64,000 nucleotides of DNA, from the NCBI GenBank assembly GCA_937899715.1, contig CALCNX010000090.1:1-64000 (forward strand), read 5' to 3'. Below, piece by piece: positions 50,286 to 60,293 of the stretch; positions within the stretch are counted from its first letter, which is position 1, and each line of letters starts with the position of its first letter. The translations under genes were made by a program, and so were the position numbers. The stretch is from an uncultured bacterium. GTDB taxonomy: Bacteria > Bacteroidota > Ignavibacteria > Kapaibacteriales > UBA4661. The notes beneath the pieces were generated by a model, which saw nothing but the letters and a program-made list of their open reading frames with translations, ran no database searches and was not told the DNA's origin.

Positions 50286-52211
50286 TCAGACAGCCTGTCC
50301 CAAGCCCAGCGCAGCCTCAACTCTGACACTCGGTAGTTCCACATAGAATGTGGCACCCTTGCCAAGCTCGGCTTCGCACCACACCCGCCCGTTCATTGCC
50401 TCCACCATACGCTTAACGATAGACAATCCCAAGCCCGTGGAATGTTCGTTGCCCGTTGGCTGTGCCGAAAGGCGTACAAATTTTCCGAAGAGTTTCTTCT
50501 TGTCCTCCTCCGTTAAGCCCGGTCCCTCGTCTTGCACAGCTATACGAACAAAGCCTTGTTCCTCCGTCAGGCGCACCCAAATTTTCCGCCCCGAAGGAGA
50601 GTATTTCACTGCATTAGAAACGAGATTATCCATCACTTGCCGCGTGGCGATACTGTCCCCCAGCGCTGGGGCAGACTCCGTCTCGGTCATAAAATGGAGC
50701 GTGATGCCCTTCTCTTCGGCGCGAAGAATGTAGTCTTTGACAGTATCGGCAGCAATATCGGTCAGATTGAGCGGCTTTAGATTCAGTCTCATATTGCCGG
50801 TCTCAATAGCATTGATGTCGAGCAGATTATTCACAATCGTTACCATGCGCTCCACCGCTCGTTGCAGGATTTGTGCGGTTTCCTGCACATCGCTTTTGGT
50901 GAGTTCGTCCGACGCAAGGTCTAACAGAGAAATTAACCCGCGCATTCCCATAAGTGGATTTTTAAGGTCGTGTGCGGCAATACCCAAAAACTCATTTTTC
51001 TCTTGATTCGCCCGCTCAAGGTCGTTATTAACGCGCTTGAGTTTTATGTTTGCTGAGGAAAGCTCAAGATTGGCGCGTTGTGTGGCAATCGTCTGTTCTT
51101 CCAGCAAGTCTTTTTGATGCTTTATGAGCGCATTTGCTTTATTCATTTCTTCATTGGTGCGCTCCAGCTCACTGGTGCGTTGCCGGACGTTTGCAATCAT
51201 GCTATTGAACGCCTGCGCAAGATTGCCGACTTCATCACGGCTGCGGACGGGTACGGTAATATCGTGAATGCCGCTTGCTACCTTCTGTGCAGCGCGCTCA
51301 AGCGATACAATCGGCGAAGAAATGCGGTATGCAAACCAAAAAGCCAACACGATACTGCTGAAAAGACAAAACAGCATCACGCCCAACACAACATTCTCCA
51401 CAACGGCAGAACGCTCCTGCCGCACAGCAACGATATTCCCAATGAGCGGCTCAATGCGCTCCATATCGGTATTCAGTTGTTCATCCAGCATCTTGATAGC
51501 TCGCACAAGCACCGTTGCTTTCTCAAATGCTTCGATATACGTCGCAAGGTGATAAGCGATTTGAGTGCGTTCCTCTAGCGCCAGCGCTGACGAGGCATTG
51601 ACGGCAATCGCGTTCCGAATGAGCTGGCGGACTTCCCCAATGTATGCTTCATCGCCGCGCATAAAAAAATCCTTTTCACGGCGGCGGGCTTGCAGGAGAA
51701 TAATTTCAAGAGACTTTTGATTATATGTTGCCGCTATACTTTGTGCACCGTGAATGGCATTCCGAAACGTACCTTCTTCGCCAGAGTTTTCGTTCATACC
51801 TCGCTCGTGGATTTTGACAGCGAGGTCTTGAAAGACGGCACGGTAATGCTGCGCTTTGCTAGAAAGCTCGTAAGCATTATCATCACGTTCAAAGTGTTCC
51901 AGAAGCGTAAATGCTTTTGCCAAGTGCCTTTCTACCTCGTCTGCGTCCGCTTTTGAGCGCCGAAAAACAAATTTATTTTTGCTGTCATGTGCTTTCAATA
52001 GCTCCGCTTGAAGTTCACCCGCTTGCACCGAAGCCGTAAGCACTGCTCGCTGTATAAACGCAAACGTGGCAATAATGACGGCAAAAACGACGATAAAAAG
52101 TGCAAAAGCAAGTATTTGTACCCGAAGCGGAACACGCAGTCGGCGGAATGACGAAAAAAAATGTGCATTGGCGGGCTGTGGCGATAGCGTTTGTGAAGAG
52201 AAAGGTTTCAT
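50286..52211 (-). CDS. Sensor histidine kinase (2 TM, HAMP, coiled coil, HisKA, HATPase_c); paralog of 14893-16977
   Basis: HAMP RSRDEVGNLAQAFN; H-box IAAHDLKNPL; catalytic domain about 70% identical to the first HK. Confidence 0.8.
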   Translation of the reverse strand: MKPFSSQTLSPQPANAHFFSSFRRLRVPLRVQILAFALFIVVFAVIIATFAFIQRAVLTASVQAGELQAELLKAHDSKNKFVFRRSKADADEVERHLAKAFTLLEHFERDDNAYELSSKAQHYRAVFQDLAVKIHERGMNENSGEEGTFRNAIHGAQSIAATYNQKSLEIILLQARRREKDFFMRGDEAYIGEVRQLIRNAIAVNASSALALEERTQIAYHLATYIEAFEKATVLVRAIKMLDEQLNTDMERIEPLIGNIVAVRQERSAVVENVVLGVMLFCLFSSIVLAFWFAYRISSPIVSLERAAQKVASGIHDITVPVRSRDEVGNLAQAFNSMIANVRQRTSELERTNEEMNKANALIKHQKDLLEEQTIATQRANLELSSANIKLKRVNNDLERANQEKNEFLGIAAHDLKNPLMGMRGLISLLDLASDELTKSDVQETAQILQRAVERMVTIVNNLLDINAIETGNMRLNLKPLNLTDIAADTVKDYILRAEEKGITLHFMTETESAPALGDSIATRQVMDNLVSNAVKYSPSGRKIWVRLTEEQGFVRIAVQDEGPGLTEEDKKKLFGKFVRLSAQPTGNEHSTGLGLSIVKRMVEAMNGRVWCEAELGKGATFYVELPSVRVEAALGLGQAV

Positions 52212-52528
52212 GCGGTATTTGGGTCTTATAGCGAGATATGTATGGTGAAGTTTACAGCCTCAAATCTATGAAGAATACTGTAACGAGGCGATTACACGGC
52301 ACATCAAATTGTGATAACACGTGCGAAAGTCATTGTTGAGATGCATCCCTGAAGAAATCACATTGGATTTGTGGATTTTTTTTGCCAACTTCGCGCACGA
52401 AGAACATAAGTTCCTATTGGTAATGCCTCACGCTTGGGGCAGTGCCTTTTTCATTATCATCAAGGTTGTAAACTCCTTTGCCATTTGAGTACAAAGGAAA
52501 TCATAGCCTCTGCCTAATTTTGCAGACC

Positions 52529-54070
52529 ATGATGCAGAAACATTTTCGCTTCCCTTCTTGGCTTCTCAGTTGCATAGTTCTCTTTGCACTGTGCTCATCC
52601 ACCTGTGCCATTCGTGCTGTGGCGGACTGCCCGACCGTTATTTTGACGGCAAAAGACGGCACTTTTTCAAGCCCGGTATCTTCGCAAGGCGACATCCATT
52701 ACGACACGCAACTTCGCTGCCAATGGATACTAAAGCCCACTGATGCCAAGCAAATCCGCCTGTGGTTCAGTGATTTTGCAACTGAAGAAAACCGTGATGT
52801 GGTGCGCATTTACGACGGAGCGGAAACCACCGCACCACTCCTTGCCGAACTGAGTGGCTCCAACATTGACGAAGCAACGTCCGTCGTTTCCACAGGAGGC
52901 GAAATGCTGGTGGAATTTTTGACGGATAATCTTCGTAACATTGACACCGATTTCGGCTGGCGGGCGCATTATGTCTCATCTTCTGTACGGAGCATTTTGA
53001 GTGCAACACCCGACAATCTGGACTTTGGCGTAGTTGTGCTAGGAAAAATCTCTGCTCTCAAATCATGTGTCGTAACAGGTTTTCGCATCACCGACGATAT
53101 TCGTATTGCCGCACCGCGTGGATACTTGCTTGCTCTCTCGCCATCGGGTGCTTTCAGCGATACGCTTTTTGTGCCGGGCAACCGCGATAGCGCTACCTTT
53201 ACGCTCTACATTCAATTCACGCCGCCTACAGTCGGTGACTTCGACAAACGAATTTCCATCACGAGCCGCACCGCGTTTGCAGTGGTTGACGCACAAGGCA
53301 TTGCACCGCCTGCAATTTATTGGGAGCCTATGACGGGTCCCTACACCGCATCAATTCTGTGTATGGCTGCCGATAAAGATGATGATGTCTATGCTGGAAC
53401 GCATAACGGGGTTTATCGCTCCAACACAAACGGGCACGCATGGATACAAAGTAATGAAGGACTGAGTAATAATGCGGCTTTGTCGGTTCGAGGTATCGCA
53501 GTCTTAGGAGATGAAGTATTTATCGGTACCGAAGATGGCGTGTATAAGTCGAGCAATGGCGGAAAATCGTGGCAATCACGCAGCGTCGGCTGCCCGAAGT
53601 TTGTTCACACTATCGTCGTCAAAGGTGATACGCTGCTTGCGGGAACAGACCAAGGAATTTTTCGCTCTACAGATGATGGCGAATTGTGGAAACCGCTTAA
53701 TAACGGACTCAAGAACCATGCGGATGTAACGGCAATTTTCATTTCAGAAAATATCACTTTTGCTGCAACGGGAGATTCGATACTGTATCGCTCTACCAAT
53801 CACGGCGAGACATGGACGCAAGACAATACCTTCGGGAAGCACCGCATTGACTGCTTTGGTCAGCATAAGGACGTTATTCTCGCCGGAACACAAGGCGGCT
53901 GGATATATCGCAGTGAGAACGGCGGCGCATGGAAAAAACTTGATGACCTCACTTTACCGGAAGATGGCTGGCAATACGTCCTGTCACTTGCCACCGACAA
54001 AGACGGTGTGTTCTATGCTGGCACAGAAGAAGGTGTCTTACGTTCCGGCGACGACGGCAAAACATGAGAA
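52529..54070 (+). CDS. N-terminal part of giant T9SS cargo protein (CUB-like domain + Ig-like + BNR propeller), terminated by in-frame TGA at a conserved Trp position
   Basis: Signal peptide; CUB-like C.WIL…IRLWFSDF.TE…DVVRIYDG…GW.AHY; BNR repeats; frame continues beyond TGA. Confidence 0.55.
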
Positions 54071-55840
54071 CTACGCGACAAAGGTTTAAGTGAGCCGATT
54101 GTAACGGCACTCGTCGTGGAAGGCACCGATGTTTATGCCGGAACAGATGCAGGCATTTTTGTCTCCGAAGACAAAGCAGCAACATGGCGTGAGGCAAATC
54201 AAGGCTTAACAGGAGCTATCGTAACCGATATGCAAGAGCACAGGGGGCTGATACTGGCAGCAACGGCGGGCGACGGTGCATATCGAACATCCGACAACGG
54301 TGCAACGTGGCTTCCTTCCGATGCGGGTTTGCAAGCCCGCTACTTACGCGGTTTTGCTTCCAGAGGAAAAGATTTATATGTCGCCGCTTACGATGAATAC
54401 GACCCTTCTAATCCACACATCACTATTCCGGGCGTGTATCGCTCCAACAACAACGGAACATCGTGGACACCAGTGCTGATAGACACCGTGCGGGATGCAG
54501 CAGGAAAAATCAAAACACTCCACCCTTTCCATTCAATTGTCGCAACAGGCTTCGGTACGCTCATTGCGGGTGGCGACGAAGGCGTGATTTGCCGCTCGAC
54601 CAATGGTGGCGTTTCGTGGACAAAATCAACAATTATCCGCCTTGCTACTGTTGACTTGCCGTCTGTTACAACGCTCATTATTGGTCTTGACGACGCTATT
54701 TTTGCGGGAACTGTCGGCGGAGGAATTTTTCGTTCCGATGACGACGGGCAAACATGGCGGCGCACCTTTGGGGACGAACGCGGTCTTTCGGATAAAGCCC
54801 GCCGCGTCAATCACATCATTCGGGAGCAAACGGCACTTTTTGCAGCTACCGATGCAGGGATTTACCGCAGTTTGAGCAATGGTCTTTCGTGGTTACGATT
54901 GAATTTCCCCGATTCATCGGGCAGCGTCAAGGACACCATTCTGCCGCAAGCAATCATCGCTGTCGGCGGTGCGCTGTATGCCGGAACGGATGCACACGGC
55001 GTGTGGAGGTCGCTCAATGACGGCATATCGTGGGAGCGCGTCAACGAAGGATTGAACGACGATGCCGATATAACATCGCTTGCTGCTGCCGGAACGACCG
55101 ATTTATACATTGGTTTGCACGGTGGTGTGGTCTATCGCACATCGCTCCAAAGCTCGGTCAATTCTGCCCGTGCTGTACTCGAAATCCCAGAGAATCTCAC
55201 AGCAAAGCCCGGCGACGAAGTAGAAATACCGATTATCCTCAAAAGTATTCAGTCACCACCGGCAAATATTCGCTCCATCAAGGGACGATGTATTTTGCGC
55301 TTCAATGCCTCTATGCTCGACCCCGGCACAGCTTTGAGCCAAGAAGCTGTCGTCAATGGCGACCGCCTTATTCCCCTCACATTTGATTTACGTCCGAATG
55401 CGGGGACAGCACTTGCTACCTTGCGCTTCCGTGCTCGGCTTGGCGATGCGATTGCTACGCCGCTCATTTTGACAAGTCTCAGCGCGGACGGCGTGATTTT
55501 ACTCGCTCCGAAGCCCGGTGTTCTTACGCTGACAGGTCTTTCCTACGCGGGCGGTGCACGGCTTTTCAGCTCTGAACGTGCTCCACTGCTGGCAGCAACA
55601 GCACCTAATCCCGTCAATGACAACGCCAAAATCAGCTACACACTCCAAGCAACGGCAGATGTGAATGTATCGATCGTCAATATCTTTGGCATAACCGTTA
55701 AAACATTGGTCGCTAAACGCTTGCTGCCGGGTGATTACGAGGTCAACATGGCAACGGATGATGTGCCGCCGGGTGCATATTTCCTTGTGCTTCAAACAAA
55801 CGCTCACCGCATTTCCCAACCAATCCGTATCGTGAGATAA
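54071..55840 (+). CDS. C-terminal part of the same interrupted ORF: BNR/Asp-box repeats + T9SS C-terminal sorting domain
   Basis: Same reading frame as upstream half, no stops between 54071 and 54116; repeats S.D.G.TW; ends with Por_Secre_tail-like …GAYFLVLQTNAHRISQPIRIVR. Confidence 0.55.
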   Translation, partial: LRDKGLSEPIVTALVVEGTDVYAGTDAGIFVSEDKAATWREANQGLTGAIVTDMQEHRGLILAATAGDGAYRTSDNGATWLPSDAGLQARYLRGFASRGKDLYVAAYDEYDPSNPHITIPGVYRSNNNGTSWTPVLIDTVRDAAGKIKTLHPFHSIVATGFGTLIAGGDEGVICRSTNGGVSWTKSTIIRLATVDLPSVTTLIIGLDDAIFAGTVGGGIFRSDDDGQTWRRTFGDERGLSDKARRVNHIIREQTALFAATDAGIYRSLSNGLSWLRLNFPDSSGSVKDTILPQAIIAVGGALYAGTDAHGVWRSLNDGISWERVNEGLNDDADITSLAAAGTTDLYIGLHGGVVYRTSLQSSVNSARAVLEIPENLTAKPGDEVEIPIILKSIQSPPANIRSIKGRCILRFNASMLDPGTALSQEAVVNGDRLIPLTFDLRPNAGTALATLRFRARLGDAIATPLILTSLSADGVILLAPKPGVLTLTGLSYAGGARLFSSERAPLLAATAPNPVNDNAKISYTLQATADVNVSIVNIFGITVKTLVAKRLLPGDYEVNMATDDVPPGAYFLVLQTNAHRISQPIRIVR

Positions 55841-55843
55841 TCC

Positions 55844-57997
55844 ATGAAGAAAGCAACTATACCCTTCCTCTGCACGGCGCTCACGCTTCTGTTCGTTGTT
55901 GTTTCTTGCCCTTTATTTGCTCAAACGCAAGCAACGGTGCAGGCAGCATCGCAAACGACAACACAAGCATCGGACAACGATGGCATTCGATACGGCATAA
56001 CGGGATTGTTCAATTACAACAGGCACAGCGCTCGTTTTTTGCAAATTCCCCGCGCGGTGCGGGAAAATTTAACCGACTACTATTTTCAAGATGGCGTGGG
56101 AACAGGCCTTTCGGTGGGAGCATTTATCGGAATACCGATTTTTCGCTGGCTCAATCTCGACCTCCGCGCCAGCTACGTTCAGCGCAGTGGAACGCTCTAT
56201 TCGCGGCTTGACTCGGAAATCGTCGGACGGCGCGACGGCACAGGCGATGTGGGTATTTTTCGCCGCACGTTCACCGCTAATTTGGCAACAATCGGTTCGG
56301 AGGTATTTTTGAACTTTAATCCCGCGCTCGGCTTGAACGTGTATTTGGGCGGACGTGCAGAGTGGGCAATCGCAAAAACGTACCGCCAAGAAGAAGCGAT
56401 AGTTGCGCCGTCGGACGGCGTGTTCCACGACACCGGCGAGCGCACACGGAATGTGCAAAGCGGAACACTTCCCGACGTGCGCAATCTTGGCGTGGCAAAT
56501 ATGAACATTGAAGTTCTGGGTGGCATCGGTTACGAAATTCCGATTCACCCATCGGGTGCATGGACACTGGAGCCGACACTTTTTTACGGAGCGCAAATCT
56601 ACTCAGTCTTGCAAAATTTAGAAAAGGATGAGTATTGGAAAATTGCGACGCTGCGCGGTGGTGTTGCGCTCAGATACTACCCCGTGCGGGAAGCACAGTT
56701 CGATAGTCAGTTGTACAAAGTCAAACAACTGGCATCCATGGAAAAGCAACTTTCGGAAGAGCGAAAAAAGATTCAATCCGAACTCAAAGAACTCCGCCAG
56801 TCAGGTGTTTTTGTCAAAATCGGTCTGCCGGAGGGCTTGCTTGCTGATGGCTCGGAAGTACAGAACCCAACCATTCGCGTCGAGCAGTTCCGCTCATCGG
56901 CAACTGTTCAGCTTTTGCCGCATATTTTTTTCAACGAAAATTCATCTGTTATTCCGGCACGGTATCGCCGTATTGCTTCCTCCGAGCGCACAAGTTATTC
57001 CTTCAATCGTCTGACCAAACTGCGCCCGCTTGAACTCTACTATCATATTTTGAACATTATCGGCAAGCGCCTTCAAGAGCGCACCGAAGCTCGCCTCACG
57101 CTCACTGGATACTCGTTCACTTCCGGCTCAGAAAGCGGCAATAAGAAACTGGCACAGCAGCGAGCCGAATCGGTGAATGATTACTTGCAAGATGTATGGA
57201 AAATTGCGGCTAACCGCTTGACCGTGACCATACAGGACGTGCCTGCTCTTCAGGCGGGAAGCGATGCCGAGGCTGATTACCGCCGTGTGGATATTGCCTC
57301 GACCGACCCCACGATTCTGCAAGCAGTCACCTTTGAAAGTATGTATCAGACTGTTTCGCCGCAAGCATTGCGCTTTTCGCTGGACATCAATGCCGGAGCG
57401 GGTTTGAAGCAGTGGAGCCTTGAGGTATCGCAGTTCGAGGGGAACGAAATCAAAACGCTGTTTAATGTAGAAGGAACAAATACGTACTCCAAAGAATACA
57501 TCTGGCGCATTGATGAGCGCCCTGCATCTGTGCCGGGCTTCACGGGAACGCTGGATTCAAAATTGGAAGTAACCGATGTGAACAACCGCAATAGCGACGC
57601 ACCTATTCAGACCACGCCCGTCGAGGTGATTATGCTTGCCGACAAAATCACGAAAAAGGTTCCCGACACTCGCGTTGATGTTCTTACGCTTGTAGCATCT
57701 TTGGGGAAAGAAATCACGGAGGGCGAGACGTTTGCTGCTTTCAAATCAAGTCTGTCGCAGAATGTGGCGCTTACGGTGGAAGGATGGGCGGAAGGCAAAG
57801 ACGATACAAGCCTGAATACCGATGCCGCCGATGCACGGGCGCGTCAGGTGGTGCAAGCCTCCGGCGTTCCGGCAAAAATAGTAAGCAGCAAAAAGAATGT
57901 AGCGTGGATGAAAGCATTGCACAACGACGCAAGCGTACCCGAAGGACGGCTCTACAACAGGGCTGTCCGTGTGGAGATACGGAAGCAGATTCAGTAA
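55844..57997 (+). CDS. Outer-membrane protein with N-terminal beta-barrel-like region and C-terminal OmpA-like domain(s)
   Basis: Signal peptide; Gly/aromatic-rich barrel region; coiled coil; …RLTLTGYSFTSGSESGNKKLAQQRAESVNDYL OmpA-like; starts 4 nt after the previous stop. Confidence 0.5.
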   Translation: MKKATIPFLCTALTLLFVVVSCPLFAQTQATVQAASQTTTQASDNDGIRYGITGLFNYNRHSARFLQIPRAVRENLTDYYFQDGVGTGLSVGAFIGIPIFRWLNLDLRASYVQRSGTLYSRLDSEIVGRRDGTGDVGIFRRTFTANLATIGSEVFLNFNPALGLNVYLGGRAEWAIAKTYRQEEAIVAPSDGVFHDTGERTRNVQSGTLPDVRNLGVANMNIEVLGGIGYEIPIHPSGAWTLEPTLFYGAQIYSVLQNLEKDEYWKIATLRGGVALRYYPVREAQFDSQLYKVKQLASMEKQLSEERKKIQSELKELRQSGVFVKIGLPEGLLADGSEVQNPTIRVEQFRSSATVQLLPHIFFNENSSVIPARYRRIASSERTSYSFNRLTKLRPLELYYHILNIIGKRLQERTEARLTLTGYSFTSGSESGNKKLAQQRAESVNDYLQDVWKIAANRLTVTIQDVPALQAGSDAEADYRRVDIASTDPTILQAVTFESMYQTVSPQALRFSLDINAGAGLKQWSLEVSQFEGNEIKTLFNVEGTNTYSKEYIWRIDERPASVPGFTGTLDSKLEVTDVNNRNSDAPIQTTPVEVIMLADKITKKVPDTRVDVLTLVASLGKEITEGETFAAFKSSLSQNVALTVEGWAEGKDDTSLNTDAADARARQVVQASGVPAKIVSSKKNVAWMKALHNDASVPEGRLYNRAVRVEIRKQIQ

Positions 57998-58026
57998 ATA
58001 TGCATATTTTTCGCTGACATTTTTAC

Positions 58027-58683
58027 TTACTCTTTCTGCCACCACCGAAACGCCGGAAGCGCAGAGAGTAAAGTCGCTCCAAGGAGCAGCACAGCATAAA
58101 AGTGAGCCGTGCTGTAATCAAGCCCCTGTACGGCATCGTAGAGCGCAATGGAGGCGGTACGTGTTTCCCCGGCAATATTACCGCCAATCATCATCACTAC
58201 GCCAAATTCGCCCAACGAATGAACAAATACAAGCGCACTGCCTGTTAGAAGACTTCTCCGCGCAATCGGTATTGCCACGCGCACAAATACTTGGCTTCGG
58301 GTAGCACCATCCAGCACAGCATTTTCCAATATTTCAACGGGAATCGCTTCAAATCCGTTCTTAACAGGCTGCACCATAAACGGCAGTCCATAGAACACCG
58401 AACCCAGCACTAATCCCGTGAAGCTAAACACTAAGTGCACATCCAAACTATCCGCCAGCCAAGCACCGACGGCGTTTCCCCGCCCGAATACATACAAAAA
58501 ATAAAAGCCAATAACCGTTGGTGGAAGTGCTATGGGCAAGCTCACAAAACTTTCAATAATCGGTTTCAGACGATGCTTTGATAATGCCAAACCGTAGGCA
58601 AGCGGCACGGCAACGACAAGCAAAACAAGCACAGTCGTAGTAGCAAGGCGCAAAGAAACAAGTAATGGCGAGATGTCCGGCAT
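58027..58683 (-). CDS. ABC transporter permease, ModB/CysTW type (molybdate/sulfate/tungstate family); no adjacent binding protein or ATPase
   Basis: EAA-loop region LDGATRSQVFVRVAIPIARRSLLTGSALVFVHSLGEFG; 218 aa. Confidence 0.55.
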   Translation of the reverse strand: MPDISPLLVSLRLATTTVLVLLVVAVPLAYGLALSKHRLKPIIESFVSLPIALPPTVIGFYFLYVFGRGNAVGAWLADSLDVHLVFSFTGLVLGSVFYGLPFMVQPVKNGFEAIPVEILENAVLDGATRSQVFVRVAIPIARRSLLTGSALVFVHSLGEFGVVMMIGGNIAGETRTASIALYDAVQGLDYSTAHFYAVLLLGATLLSALPAFRWWQKE

Positions 58684-58835
58684 GAGTCAAAATATAAACA
58701 AGAAAAGATATTACTTGAACCAACGATGAAAAGTCTTGTGCAAAACAAAAAATCTGAATAAGTTTTCGGTTTCTACACGTGCCCATCAAAATACGCAATA
58801 AACGAGTATTCATCAATAATTCCACGATGTGATGT

Positions 58836-59228
58836 ATGGACATTTTTCCCAATGATGATTTCCCGACGCTTGAGCGCAACGGAAAAACATTTGTCCAAGT
58901 CTGCCACAGCAGCGATGTTCTGCGCCGTAAGGGTACGCGCGTGGAATTTGACGAAGAGCTTCAAATCGCCATCTTTCGGGTAGGCGAAAGGCTTCATGCG
59001 GTCTCCAACATCTGCCCGCACAATCACTCGCCCTTGCTCCACGAAGGCGAAATCAACACTGAAGATTGCACTATCAGTTGCCCAATGCACGGGTGGACGT
59101 ATTCGTTGCACACGGGACGGCACACCTCTTCAAGTCATTCCCACGTGAAAGTCTATGACGTTTTTGAGGAACATGAATTGGTGTATCTCGAAAAGCCACA
59201 GCCCGTGGAAGTGGAATGGAAGTGGTGA
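58836..59228 (+). CDS. Rieske [2Fe-2S] domain protein (NirD-like small subunit)
   Basis: CPHNHSPL…C..HGW Rieske ligands (CxH-X16-CxxH); opposite-strand ORF 58773-59123 judged a shadow. Confidence 0.6.
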   Translation: MDIFPNDDFPTLERNGKTFVQVCHSSDVLRRKGTRVEFDEELQIAIFRVGERLHAVSNICPHNHSPLLHEGEINTEDCTISCPMHGWTYSLHTGRHTSSSHSHVKVYDVFEEHELVYLEKPQPVEVEWKW

Positions 59229-59251
59229 GTGAAAACCGTACACGCATTTTT

Positions 59252-60253
59252 ATGAATACAGCCGAGCAATCGCACCAAGCGCTTCATGACAAAACTCAGC
59301 ACATCAAGCAATTCGCTCTCTCATGCGGCTTCTCGCTTGTAGGTATTGCCGAGGCAGTACCGCTCAAAGATGAAACAGAAAACTTTTCTGAATGGCTCCG
59401 GCAAGGCTTCCATGCAGGTATGGGCTACATGGAGCATAACCAAGAAAAGCGTTATGATGTCTGCAATATTCTCCCCAATACTCGTTCGGTCATTGTAGTG
59501 GCGCAAAACTACTACACCCCGTACCAACACTGCACGAGCGAAAACAAAGGAAAAATCTCTCGTTACGGCTGGGGCGATGATTATCACGACGTAATTCCCG
59601 AAAAGCTGGAGCGTATTGCTGATGAAATCAAGCGCCTTCAGCCGGAAGCACAAACGAAAGTCTATACTGACACGGGTGCAATTTTAGAAAAGCAATGGGC
59701 TGTTCGTGCGGGCATCGGCTGGCAAGGAAAGCACAGCAACATTATCTCGCGCGAGATTGGCTCGTGGTTTTTTATTGGTGTTATCCTCACCACAGCAGAA
59801 TTTTGTTATGATTCGCCGATGCAGGATTTCTGCGGTTCCTGCACGGCTTGTCTCCAAGCCTGCCCCACGCAAGCCATCGTCCAGCCATACCTTGTGGATG
59901 CTCGCAAGTGTATTCCGTATTGGACAATTGAGACCAAGCCCGATGTTGATTTTCCCCGTGAAGTTGCCGATAATTTAGACGGCTGGCTGTTCGGCTGTGA
60001 TACTTGTCAGGATGTCTGCCCGTGGAATCGTTTCCAAAAGCCTACGCACGAAGACCGTTTCCTGCCTCGCTTTGGAGAAACAACGCTCAATCTCAACGTC
60101 GTCCAGCAAATGACACAGGAAGAATTTTCAACCCGTTTCCGAAAAAGCCCCGTTAAACGCAGCAAAATAGCGGGTTTGAAGCGTAATGCTCTTGCACTCC
60201 GACGACAAAAAAAAGCGGAATCAGGCGATGACGACAAAGGCTCATCTTCCTGA
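59252..60253 (+). CDS. queG: Epoxyqueuosine reductase
   Basis: Conserved WAVRAGIGWQGKHSNIISRE, 4Fe-4S motifs CGSCTACLQACP and CDTCQDVCPWNRF; alternative upstream ATG 59216 overlaps Rieske gene. Confidence 0.75.
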   Translation: MNTAEQSHQALHDKTQHIKQFALSCGFSLVGIAEAVPLKDETENFSEWLRQGFHAGMGYMEHNQEKRYDVCNILPNTRSVIVVAQNYYTPYQHCTSENKGKISRYGWGDDYHDVIPEKLERIADEIKRLQPEAQTKVYTDTGAILEKQWAVRAGIGWQGKHSNIISREIGSWFFIGVILTTAEFCYDSPMQDFCGSCTACLQACPTQAIVQPYLVDARKCIPYWTIETKPDVDFPREVADNLDGWLFGCDTCQDVCPWNRFQKPTHEDRFLPRFGETTLNLNVVQQMTQEEFSTRFRKSPVKRSKIAGLKRNALALRRQKKAESGDDDKGSSS

Positions 60254-60293
60254 AATCCGCTTCAGTTCTATTTCACAGAGAAATCCTCTTGGA

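Noticed and set aside
54068-54070. TGA read as Trp throughout (genetic code 4/25)
   Set aside because: TGA terminates several well-supported genes in this window (integrase 1007-1009, bestrophin A 35721-35723), so global recoding is not supported. Only this one site looks like a Trp position.
54116-55840. Second half of the BNR protein as an independent gene starting at GTG 54116
   Set aside because: No stop between 54071 and 54116 and no RBS-like sequence. The BNR motif is continuous across the TGA.
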